DNA of 63,325 nt, filler included, from Stramenopiles sp. TOSAG23-3 (Eukaryota), in the NCBI GenBank assembly GCA_900128585.1. It is 7 parts of 7 records of this genome, joined end to end, with 100 filler letters (N's around TTAATTAATTAA, not from the genome) between each part and the next. Parts side by side here need not be neighbours in the genome. Positions count along the whole stretch, not along the records: positions 28,833 to 43,127 come from LT642575.1; 6 more parts are not named here. One strand, given 5' to 3'. Positions within the stretch are counted from its first letter, which is position 1, and each line of letters begins with the position of its first letter. The notes under the pieces are model-generated. The model saw only the letters and a program-made list of their open reading frames with translations. It was not told where the DNA came from and searched no databases. The translations under genes were made by a program, and so were the position numbers. This document shows, one piece after another, positions 31,801 to 41,005 of the stretch.

Positions 31801-33800
31801 CCTCGGAAACGGCAGACGATGATGCGTACCACCAGCCGGTCAGTTCCGTTAACAGTGTGCTAGACTTGAACGCCGCCTGGGTCGACATATGGTACCTGCT
31901 TCGGCAAGCGGGCTGGGGGTGGTCGAGTGGGGACAAATTTCACTCGTACTACTACCTGAAACCGGATGTTTTGAACAAACGATCCGGAAGGCTCGGCATC
32001 GACATGTTTACATCGGGGGCTGAAGTGATCGCCCATTTGAAAAAGAACAACCCAGCTTATGCCATTCGGGACAGCACTGCTATCGATGCCATAGTTCCCG
32101 CCACGCCTTCCGTTGCCCCCTACCTTGTCGCATCGATCAACGCTGGCAGTTTTCCAGCCGATGTGATAAATGCAAGCTCGATCGACGACCCCGTGAATTT
32201 CTTGTGCTCAAAATGGCCAGGGCGATCGGAAACCATCCAAAGCCTTTCTTCGTTGGTCGGCGAGCCGTCCGACTGGGCCCAGCCTCTGACGCTTGTTTAT
32301 GGAGGGCCTGCGACGGGGAAAACCCTTTTAGTCAACGACTTCTTTCGCGCTTCTGGCGTTCTTCATGCCGTGGTCGATTGCATGCATATTCATAAGCCTC
32401 AAGAACTTTTTGAGATCACATTAAATCAGATACAAAGCGCGCTGCGGGGAAACAGGGGTGGCAGTAATAGCAACGGGAACGACCAAGACGCTGGGTGGGA
32501 TAGCGATGGTGGGGAGGAGACCATTGCCATGAATGCAACTACCGCACCGCAGAAAGAGGCTGCTGCTTCAAACGCGAACAGCGGGCGCGATCCAGCAGAT
32601 GAAACCATGCCGGACGATGTCGCTGAGGACATGGAGGCCTACAATGGCACAGACTCGCCTGTCCGGAAAAGACGCTGCAACACAATGACCCTGTTTTCCA
32701 AGCACTTGGTAGACCTTTTGCAAACGGACATGGCCTGCTACTTGATTTTTGATAATGCAGATCGGCTGCATGGGCTTGGTCGCGGCTTACTGCCAAGCAT
32801 TGTGAGGCTCCAGGAGTTGACCTCTCGAAACATTGGGGTGGTGTTTATTACACAAAATGCGTGGGAAGACTTCAGCGACCATACGTGCGGCGCCATTCCA
32901 GTTAACCTTCATATCCCCGGCAACTCGTCGACTCAGATAGTAGAGTTAGTGAGCGAGTATTGTCCTGCCCACGATGACCCGGAGTTCTTTCGAAGTTTCG
33001 TGTACCACATCCATAGTGTTTTCCGCTCGATGGTGAATGACGTGCGTGAATTGCGGTACGTCGTGCAGCTGCTCTACCCTGTTTTCCGAAAGGTTGTTGC
33101 GGAGGAGGAAAATAAATCACGCGCGACGGCCGCTCGGGGTAACCTTTCCTCGGCGTCCCTTCCAACGAACGGTGTTGATCGAGCCGTTGTGACAATTGCG
33201 CAGCGCCGAATGCAGCCGGCATATCGTCTGGCCCAACAACGACTCCTGTTGCACGACATAACTGCTGAGGAAATATACAACGAGATATCCAGCACCTGCG
33301 TTTCTTCCTCTCGCGCAGACCTAATTGCCCAAGAAGGGGGAAGGCGAGCGCAGACATTGTCCACTGCCGTAGAATTGCCCATGATGACAAAATTTATTCT
33401 AATTGCAGCTTACCTCTCGTCGCACAACCCTGCGGATACGGACATGAAATTATTTACGCACTATCGCAGTGGAAGAAGGAGAAAGAGCCGCAGCCACGAA
33501 GGAAACAATCGGGCAAAAAACGATAAACTGCGCCGACCCAAAGTGTTCCCTTCTGAGCGCATGTTTGCTATCTTTATCAGCCTGGTCACGGAAATGTTGG
33601 GAACCAAGGAGGCTGAGCGAGCGACTACCATTGATCTGTATGCGCAGGTCGCGTCGTTGGTCCGATTGAATTTGCTGGCTCAGCAGTCCGATCCAACAAA
33701 CTTGGACCAAATTAAATTGATTTGTAACGTGGATCTTGAAATTATTCACGTGGTCAGTCGTCAAATTAAACTGAATCTGTCCCGGTACTTGCAATCGTAA
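28866..33800 (+). CDS. ORC5: Origin recognition complex subunit 5 with ~1100-aa N-terminal extension (RanBP2-like Zn finger + 9 GW repeats); may be 5'-truncated by the contig edge
   Basis: C-terminal ~530 aa: WPGRSETI, Walker A GGPATGKT, LIFDNADRL, ELPMMTKFILIAAYLSSHNP..D..LF, PKVFPSERMFAIF, QVASLVRLNLL, CNV...LSRYL. Confidence 0.9.
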   Translation: MSPVPSLTAKHRTPSGVAEAPWSCILCRHKNKALGRATGNRVCANCRIALGRNASLKSKNCGLEHLGKEGSLVFDGIIFDPRLWGTKARMHSGWPQAWEILRAQGWSLGLKANQKIQAPFRYDGEFQIPESREARGFKSVRDAVEYIFEHGLKIPNFVQYDGVFVSLKESWHVTLKTLRVELGWSISNKNTNKTLTYVEPRKVGVRDLQTRFSSEIAVLTHLIVNGKARDHESDTGSDSDEEQEPPPSPDDQHSPSNQTLAIYHATAGQSWKDAWYLLKEAGWRSCAGGALSKTMFVAPGFSPTGRRAGVMGVNMFRSKEKLLMHVNLTLKKFGNHVAKSVPADYSDIDVTLGFRTAWRKLRAMGWQQRPLDYVAGGSRLRGMMYMRPMEHLGKIEIEGLNVFKSPGDVLRHITSERAKSANGTAGEREGVGERGSEEEERESSINDEEEDSDDGSDDGFVPVPDYSILDLDAPFRDIWYLLKQAGWSYCRGDDVYSFFYLRPGIHKKTEGVMGKTMFRNHAEVKAAIRQILAGKKVNVTPKVLLHMSRRRGQHAPKNIGKANGVSSGEKKCISSAKTKAGPSGQGGGAAAKKLNPKALRQKKAEEQKALKALQRKKAKEEKALQRKKREEEKALKALQRKKIEEEKALKRKKREEEKALKQKKIEEEKALEEKKIEEEKALRLKKIAEEKAKQTQKKIEWGNAWHLLKQAGWTHCSGDLVYPYYYLKEGVKKSTGVFGVDKFRTPGEVLEHCRKNDIDVFSRRSPSFSKKAARKKNVVIVTKKKKKGRKKKGHKLNLNGDWNDIWHLLKQADWGYVKGDQFTSYFFTKPGVAKKSEGVLGETMFRTPDDVIKHCKEIGMHNQPLDMESSEDEVEIVEVKRPAPKKKKRKFADSGKSKALKSMHTLFRKEVDIDGNWRDLWEDLVHAGWKWRAGVGDFKYMYFSPGANAETAKLGVDMFVSERDVIEYLRAELTKLAEASETADDDAYHQPVSSVNSVLDLNAAWVDIWYLLRQAGWGWSSGDKFHSYYYLKPDVLNKRSGRLGIDMFTSGAEVIAHLKKNNPAYAIRDSTAIDAIVPATPSVAPYLVASINAGSFPADVINASSIDDPVNFLCSKWPGRSETIQSLSSLVGEPSDWAQPLTLVYGGPATGKTLLVNDFFRASGVLHAVVDCMHIHKPQELFEITLNQIQSALRGNRGGSNSNGNDQDAGWDSDGGEETIAMNATTAPQKEAAASNANSGRDPADETMPDDVAEDMEAYNGTDSPVRKRRCNTMTLFSKHLVDLLQTDMACYLIFDNADRLHGLGRGLLPSIVRLQELTSRNIGVVFITQNAWEDFSDHTCGAIPVNLHIPGNSSTQIVELVSEYCPAHDDPEFFRSFVYHIHSVFRSMVNDVRELRYVVQLLYPVFRKVVAEEENKSRATAARGNLSSASLPTNGVDRAVVTIAQRRMQPAYRLAQQRLLLHDITAEEIYNEISSTCVSSSRADLIAQEGGRRAQTLSTAVELPMMTKFILIAAYLSSHNPADTDMKLFTHYRSGRRRKSRSHEGNNRAKNDKLRRPKVFPSERMFAIFISLVTEMLGTKEAERATTIDLYAQVASLVRLNLLAQQSDPTNLDQIKLICNVDLEIIHVVSRQIKLNLSRYLQS

Positions 33801-33887
33801 AAGCAAAATTAGGGACCGACACGGGTGTTGGGGCTTTTTAAAATAATTTATCTTGCAGGAGGAAAATTTGAGAATAAGAATTCGACG

Positions 33888-34053
33888 AAAATGAGAGATA
33901 ACAGCCAATTTTCTTGTTTTAATGAGAGATAAGTTATCAAATAAAAAAAACAATGCCAACTTGGTACTTCGTACATACTACGTGTTATATTTATTCTGTA
34001 GAAGGTACGTTAATGATAAGTTTAAATATGATAACAGCCAATTTTCTTGTTTT
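33888..34053 (+). repeat. Two copies of the ATAACAGCCAATTTTCTTGTTTT module downstream of ORC5
   Basis: Exact copies at 33898 and 34031; AAAATGAGAG adjacent to the first. Confidence 0.85.
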
Positions 34054-35044
34054 ATTATTATAGAAGTTGATAAATAAAACTTATGAATAGTATACAAAGT
34101 TTGGGTCCTCACTTCTTTGTTGTGTGGTGTAAATCTCTAATATGGCACAGCGTTGGATCAATAAGCAGTTGCTTTTTTATTTTAGCAACCCCCTGGCAAA
34201 AAGTTACTATTCTGCTGCGGGGGGTCCTCCGACTACAATTCTAATTGGATTGTAGTTATATAATCCGGGCGGTTTGATATGATAGACCGGACACTACTTT
34301 TACGAGGAATTTATTAGACTATTGTCTTATACTATACCCGTCGTATTACCATGCGCGCTTCAGGGTCGGTTTCATTTTCTAGGCTTTAATGTGCACTCGT
34401 AATGGACGGAAAAAAAGAAGAAGAAGGAAAAAACTGGATTTAAAAAAAGAGGGGGGGATGTCCGCCACTGTGAGCAGCTACGCGTAGTCGTCAATAATAA
34501 CAATGGGAAAAAAATACCGGACAGGCCAACGAATGGATGCTAGATTTTGTCTTTTCCTAGTACATTTAGTACGTGGGAATGGTAGTGTGAAGTGGAATGT
34601 CATCATTTTTAGTATGCTTTGTGCTTATCTATAACGCATATGATGTCAAATATCCAGGATGTTAATGTTGAGTAGATGATATTTGATACAAACTTCTTTA
34701 CTTATAGCTCTGAAGTATATGCTTGTGTGTAGTGTCTAAGATACCAAGTACATTGGTGCTTGACGGCTTCGGTGTGTGCGATGAAAAACCTTAACGTGTT
34801 GTACATTCATTTGTGTTTTGCTCTACAATTCATCCGATCGGGTAAGTACAATATTTAATATATTGGGAAATCGCAACTGTATACTCAGAGGTCGTTAATT
34901 GACGACAATTGCAATTGTAAATACACCCTGAAATGCGACTACGGACAAATAGTCAAAAGAGAACGGGAACGAGGATAGAAGGGCGTGTTTTTTGCCATTA
35001 TAGCTGAAGAGAACAGAGAACAGAGAACACCCTTAGATAGAATA

Positions 35045-36943
35045 ATGTACATAGTGAGGCAGAGGCGGCTGTATAGCTTCCTGTTCTTGGTTTTGCTGAT
35101 CCAAGTAGAACTCTTTCAAGTGCACAATGCTGTAAACGTACGGTCTTTTCTGCAGAGAGGGGTCAGAGTTGATAATCATTTCCCTTCGTTCTTGGAAATG
35201 AGTGAGGCGGAAAAGGTTGATCTTCTACTTGAGCAGTGGCGCGTGGCAAAAGAAGGCTTCCAGTCCTTAGGGGTAGCAGAAATGATACGAAAAAATGCGG
35301 AAGAAGACGCTGTGGCGATTGGGAATATATCTCTGGCCAACGGCGAAAAAAACGACGAAGAGAGTGATAAAACAACAACGGCCGTGTGCGATTGTATGGC
35401 AAACGAACTTCTTTTTAAAATAACCAATGGGGTTATTCCATACCAACCCAACAGCTGCTCTTCCTGGCGTCCGGGTGCCATCATCCTTAAGAAGCACGTT
35501 AAGAGGCACAAGAAATGTTATAAATTTGATGCTGGGCATGATGCCGTCACATCCCTAACGTCTCTGCACTACAAAAGGAGCAGTGGCGAATGGTTCTGGA
35601 CACCCCATCAACCGCGCCATCATCTAAAGTATCATAAACGCTGGTTCAAAGACCCTAAGATATGGATGCGCACAAACACTCTTTCCGTAAAACCTGGCTT
35701 GTTGTGGGTACTACAGAACCTGCGAATGAAGAACATAGACCGTGAAAATAAATATTTGATCAAGCTTTTGGAAGATTTTCCTCCGAAAAAAGGGTTCAAT
35801 GTAGTCCCGGACGGTTCAAACCAGGATGCCGATGCCAAATATAATCTGGAACTGTGCAGGAAGAGAAATGAGGTGATCTCTGCTGAAGCAATGTGCCGCG
35901 TGAAAAGGTCTGGGTGCATGAGGCGCATTATATCGCGATATTTTCAATACGCTGATATGAAAACGCACGCGTTGGCCAAGTTTAAAGACGATCATCGCAG
36001 GCTATTGGATTATTTGGGATTTGGGCTGGACATGCTAGGTCTGCTCGAACCTATAGGGTTCGTGTTTGACCTGCTAAGCTCTGGCTTGTCATTCATTCGG
36101 AGGAAGTGGATCGAAGGTGTCCTTTCTCTTTTTTGCGCAATTCCTGGTGTCGGACTCACCATTTTCCCGTTGAAGAGAATGGAAGTGACCGTAGGACCCT
36201 TGGGCAAGGCATTGGGAATCATCTTGGACGGATCTAGAAGCTTCTTTGACGAGGTTGCTCGTATGGCAAAACGAGGCATACAGCATGCAAAAAAGTGGTT
36301 TATGAAAACATTAAACAGTTTTGAAATTATAGGAAAAGTCATCAAAGCGCTTGTGAAGGCCAAATCAATTTTTATCAAAGCAATAAATAAGGGAGTGAAG
36401 ACATTTGTTTCAAAACCCAATCGAAACATTATCTCCACTACGATCTCTAGCGCCGTCAAAAATTTGAAAAAACATACGGAAAAACTCATGAAACTTATGT
36501 GCTCAACGCGATCAAAGATTTTCAAACCGTACTTGATCATTGGTGGATTCGGTACGTTGATGGAATTTACAAATATTCCTTTGGTAAAAGGAAGTGGCGA
36601 ATGGATGGTAGCTTATTCCCCATGCCTTGCTTTTCAGTGCTCGAAAGAACTCGAAGACTTTTATCAGTGCGCCGTCCAGTTCGGATTTGAAAGTTTCAAA
36701 AAGACGCTTTTATATGTAGAACCGAAGTTACTAGACACATTCGGCGCGCATACAAATAATTTATTTAGTACCTTGAAGCATGAACTGGAGCGTGAGGAGA
36801 ATGATGGTGATGACACGTCTGGTGTCGACGTATCAAAAGATGATGTCCAACTGATAAAATCTTTCAAAGACGTCAACAAATGCAATGCTGATACTGCATT
36901 GCACAGCGGCCAGGAGGAGGCCGAAGAAGGAGTTTTTAAGTAA
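35045..36943 (+). CDS. Secreted/membrane protein with a pre-toxin TG (PT-TG)-like hydrophobic hairpin
   Basis: Signal-like LYSFLFLVLLIQV after ATG 35045; LDMLGLLEPIGFVFDLLSSGLSFIRRKWIEGVLSLFCAIPGVG at ~36026-36155; AT-rich codon usage. Confidence 0.7.
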   Translation: MYIVRQRRLYSFLFLVLLIQVELFQVHNAVNVRSFLQRGVRVDNHFPSFLEMSEAEKVDLLLEQWRVAKEGFQSLGVAEMIRKNAEEDAVAIGNISLANGEKNDEESDKTTTAVCDCMANELLFKITNGVIPYQPNSCSSWRPGAIILKKHVKRHKKCYKFDAGHDAVTSLTSLHYKRSSGEWFWTPHQPRHHLKYHKRWFKDPKIWMRTNTLSVKPGLLWVLQNLRMKNIDRENKYLIKLLEDFPPKKGFNVVPDGSNQDADAKYNLELCRKRNEVISAEAMCRVKRSGCMRRIISRYFQYADMKTHALAKFKDDHRRLLDYLGFGLDMLGLLEPIGFVFDLLSSGLSFIRRKWIEGVLSLFCAIPGVGLTIFPLKRMEVTVGPLGKALGIILDGSRSFFDEVARMAKRGIQHAKKWFMKTLNSFEIIGKVIKALVKAKSIFIKAINKGVKTFVSKPNRNIISTTISSAVKNLKKHTEKLMKLMCSTRSKIFKPYLIIGGFGTLMEFTNIPLVKGSGEWMVAYSPCLAFQCSKELEDFYQCAVQFGFESFKKTLLYVEPKLLDTFGAHTNNLFSTLKHELEREENDGDDTSGVDVSKDDVQLIKSFKDVNKCNADTALHSGQEEAEEGVFK

Positions 36944-37798
36944 AAAAAACAAAATGCATAGTACGTTTTGCGTGTTCAATTTAGTTCTTAAAAAATAAGG
37001 GTTTTTTGAAAAAAAATATAGATGGTATCACAACCGAGTTTTAATGGTCTCGTCGGCGTTCTTGATTGGTGGTTTACATGATGATTGTTTGGCCCGTTTT
37101 TCTTGTTTGCACTTGGGGCACTTTATTCCATCTCTCGCCCATTCCTTAATCCGTTGCTCCAACATTTCGTTAATGTGTTGAGCATTTCCATCCAACTGGC
37201 GAAGAAGGAGACGAGAGAAGAAATTGGGCCTTCCTACGATTTATTAGGATTCTCATGGTGCGCGGGTAACTTTTGCGCCAGTGGGCAGCAGGATGAGAGG
37301 CAATTAATCGATTTTGCAGTTTCAAAAGCGTTTCATACAATTGAAATGGAATGTTTTACCATGATTGATAGAGCTTGTATGGCTATGAAGAAAACAAAGG
37401 AGGAATTTTCAAAGTTACTAGTTGGCGAGTAATTCATAATTTTAAGTTTGGTTGTCATTGTACTGATGGTTTTGGCCCCATGGTAAAGCCCAGTTAGTAG
37501 TAGACGTAGGCATAGAACTGATACGTAAACATGGTGTGTATTACTGGTTAAAAATTTGATTAAATGTTTAAACAATAAGTTGAAAGACAGGCTCTCTTTT
37601 GAAAATCGCAGTGAAAGGGAACATCTTGTTTAATATTTTATTTATAGGGTGAAGTAAGTTTTTATTTTGTTGTTTTTCAAAAATGTAAACGGAACTCCTC
37701 AGTAATAAAATTTTAAGAAGAAATGAGAGTACAAAATTGTAAGACCCTAAGTTTACCTAAACATAGCAAATAGACCATTAGACGCACGAACTACCTCA

Positions 37799-39907
37799 TC
37801 AATTTCCCGCGGCGGACGTGATGATAGAGTCGTCTACCTCGTTCGCCAAGGTCACTTTCAGGGACGGGTTGGCTTCCATTGCCCGTCGAATCGCAAAGTC
37901 CGCGTTCGCGTTCCGCCCCCAAGCCCTGCGACTGACGCCGTTGTTGACGTCCCAAAACAGCATTGACGCAGCGCGCTTTCCGGCTGCTTCGCTTCCGTCC
38001 AGGACCAGGCCAAACCCTCCGTTCATTACTTCGCCCCAACCTACCCCGCCCCCATTGTGAATCGCGACCCAGGTCGCCCCGCGAAAGCTGTCTCCAATAA
38101 CATTTTGCACCGCCATGTCGGCGGTGAAACTGCTCCCGTCCGACACGTTGGACGTTTCCCTGAACGGACTGTCGGTCCCGCTTACGTCGTGGTGGTCCCT
38201 GCTTATGACGATTGGGGCGCTAATCTCGCCCTTGGCGATAGCTTCGTTGAAGCCCTTGGCGATGGCCGCGCGGCCTTCGCCGTCGGCGTACAGAATGCGT
38301 GCCTGCGAGCCCACGACGAGCTGGTTTTCTTCCGCCTGGCGAATCCACTTCATGTTGTCGTCCAACTGCGCTTTCACCCGGGGCGGGGCAACTTCCCGTA
38401 TCTTCTTCATGACCTGCTCTGCGATCAAATCGGTCTTTCGAAGATCGATGGCGCTCCCAGACGTGCAAACCCAGCGAAACGGGCCAAAACCGAGGGAAAA
38501 TATGTCGCCCATGATGTCCTGGACGTAGGAAGGGTAGCGGAACGTCTTGCCATCGTTCTCCACGTCCCCTGGAAGCCCCACCTCGGCCCCGGCCCGGCTG
38601 GCTTCCAGAAGGAACGAGTTCCCATAATCCCAAAACTTCATCCCCCGGGCCGTCAGTTTGTTGACCGCGGTGACGTGCCTCCGCAAGGTTTCCTGCACGA
38701 GGCCTTTGAACTTTGGCGGATCAGCCACCATGACCCTCCGGGCCTCTTGGAAGGAAAGTTGTACGGGGTAGTACCCACCGTTGAACGGGTTGTGCAGGGA
38801 GGTTTGGTCGGATCCAAGGTCCACGAGTAGTTCGTCCTCGACCGCGAGCTGCTCCCAGAGTGAAACCACGTTTCCCAGAAATCCGATCGCGGTGGCCTCC
38901 TTCCTTTTCCTGGCTGCCTTGATTCGCTCGACGCAATCAGCCACCGTCCGGGAGACTTCTTTGATCCATCCCTGGTTGTACCGCTTCATCAGCGCCGACT
39001 CGTCCACCTCCGCAATCACCCCCACGGCCCCGGCAATGATGGCCGCCTTTCCCTGTGCCCCGCTCATCCCCCCCAGCCCGGCGGTGACAAAGACCTTGCC
39101 CGCCAAGTCCCCGGAGCCCAAGTACTTTCGCCCCGCGTTGAGGACGGTAATGGTCGTCCCGTGGACTATTCCCTGCGGGCCGATGTAGCAGTAACTCCCG
39201 GCGGTCATTTGGCCGTACTGGCTGACCCCCGTGGCGAACATGGTTTGAAGGTTTTCCTGGGAACTGTAGTTCGGGATTACCATCCCGTTGGTCACCACGA
39301 CCCTTGGGGCATTCTCACTGCTTGGAAACAGGCCCATTGGGTGCCCACTGTACATGGACAGCGTCTGCTCTTCCGTCATTTCGCTCAAATATTTCATCGT
39401 CAAGTGGTACTGCGCCCAGTTTTGGAACACCGACCCGTTGCCCCCGTACGTAATCAACTCGTGGGGGAATTGGGCGACCGCAGGGTCTAAGTTGTTTTGG
39501 ATCATCAGCATGATGGACGCGGCCTGCCGGGAGCGGGCTGGGTATGCGCTTAACGGGTGCGCCTTCATGTTGTACTGCGTCGGTCTGAATCGGTACATGA
39601 AAATGTGCCCGTACGTGCGCAGCTCCTCCGCGAACTCGGGCGCCAAAACGCTGTGAAACTCTGCGGGGAAATACCGCAGGGCGTTCCGGAGGGCAAGCTT
39701 CTTTTCGCCCGGAGTCAACTTTACCTGAAACACTGGCGCATGGGGAACGGCGGCGTCGCGACTCTGCGGGTCTGGCAACGGGTATAACGGTATTCCATTG
39801 GCCAGGTAGCTCAAATCGCCTTCCCCCGTAATCGTCCTTTGCCGCTTCAACAACCGGGGCGACTGCTCTTCGCTTTGAACTTCAACTGTGGTGGCTACGG
39901 AACTCAT
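37799..39907 (-). CDS. UROC1: Urocanate hydratase (eukaryotic long form)
   Basis: NNLDPAVAQFPHELITYGGNG, YGQMTAGSYCYIGPQGIVHGT, GLGGMSGAQ, SDQTSLHNP, LGFGPFRWVC, SRDHHDVSGTDSPFRET, HNGGGVGWG. Confidence 0.98.
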   Translation of the reverse strand: MSSVATTVEVQSEEQSPRLLKRQRTITGEGDLSYLANGIPLYPLPDPQSRDAAVPHAPVFQVKLTPGEKKLALRNALRYFPAEFHSVLAPEFAEELRTYGHIFMYRFRPTQYNMKAHPLSAYPARSRQAASIMLMIQNNLDPAVAQFPHELITYGGNGSVFQNWAQYHLTMKYLSEMTEEQTLSMYSGHPMGLFPSSENAPRVVVTNGMVIPNYSSQENLQTMFATGVSQYGQMTAGSYCYIGPQGIVHGTTITVLNAGRKYLGSGDLAGKVFVTAGLGGMSGAQGKAAIIAGAVGVIAEVDESALMKRYNQGWIKEVSRTVADCVERIKAARKRKEATAIGFLGNVVSLWEQLAVEDELLVDLGSDQTSLHNPFNGGYYPVQLSFQEARRVMVADPPKFKGLVQETLRRHVTAVNKLTARGMKFWDYGNSFLLEASRAGAEVGLPGDVENDGKTFRYPSYVQDIMGDIFSLGFGPFRWVCTSGSAIDLRKTDLIAEQVMKKIREVAPPRVKAQLDDNMKWIRQAEENQLVVGSQARILYADGEGRAAIAKGFNEAIAKGEISAPIVISRDHHDVSGTDSPFRETSNVSDGSSFTADMAVQNVIGDSFRGATWVAIHNGGGVGWGEVMNGGFGLVLDGSEAAGKRAASMLFWDVNNGVSRRAWGRNANADFAIRRAMEANPSLKVTLANEVDDSIITSAAGN

Positions 39908-41005
39908 GGTCGTCTGTATGTATGTCTGTCTGTCCGCCCGTCTGTGTTCGCAGTGTGAATTAATTGCGTAAGTGTGTAAAGTATATTTGTCATACCAGAG
40001 AGCTGAATTCTGTTCGAATAATTATGGTTCGTTTCTTATCATCCACATGTTAATAATTATGATTTTTTATTAGGATAGAGGAGAATATTATAATAATATT
40101 TTAACTAAATATAAAATATAATAAAAATATTATTTTATGTTGTCCAGCAGCAGCAGCAGCACGATTTTGGATTTTTTTTTTTCTAAATTTTCCACACTTC
40201 TTCTTCTCTTCTTAAAATTATATAAATTATTTATAGTCGTATAATATGAGGACTCCTCGTATATTTTGATATAATATTGATACAGCAGGAGCAAAATATA
40301 AATTTAAAAAAAGAAGAACGAAGAAGAAGATTCCACGGGGGATTATTATTAAATAATTTTTTGTCTTTTTTCGTCCATTGTGGTACGGTGTACGTAGGGG
40401 TGTAGTATTAATATAATAATATCGGGTACAGGCTAACAAGAAGAAGAATGAGAATGAGAATGAGAATGAGATAGAAAAGAAAAAAGAGGAGGATGAAAAT
40501 TCGGTCACCGGCAAACCAATAAATTATTAGTCATATTATTTATATCCATGCTTGTCCTACTGTATTTAGTCGTCGTCTTTTATTATAGTTGAATATATTC
40601 CTTAGAATTCCCTTCTTCTACTTCTACTTCTTCTTCTTTCTTTTTTTCTTCTTTCTTTTTTTCTTCTTCTTCTTCTTTCTTCATCTTCATCTTCTGTGAT
40701 CTGTGATGGATTACATTGGATTGAAGTTACTGTTGTAGTATTTAATAGTTCTTTCTATAATAATTATTATACTGTTCATTCACCTCCTTGTAAAAAAAAA
40801 GATACCACCAAGTATAATAATATTCTTCTTCTTCTATTAAAATATATATTTCTCCTTTATTGTATTAGAGTAAAGTAAAAGATATTTCAGCAATTGTCAA
40901 GGAAAGAGAATAGAGACAGTTTGGAAAGGAAGAATACGCGCCGAGAGAACCTCTTCTCTTTCTTTTTGTTCTTACGTGCACATATTTCTACGGACACCAA
41001 CCACC

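Noticed and set aside
34684-34696. TGATACAAACTT 12-mer shared with ~42668 in the relic region
   Set aside because: Too short and AT-rich to establish homology
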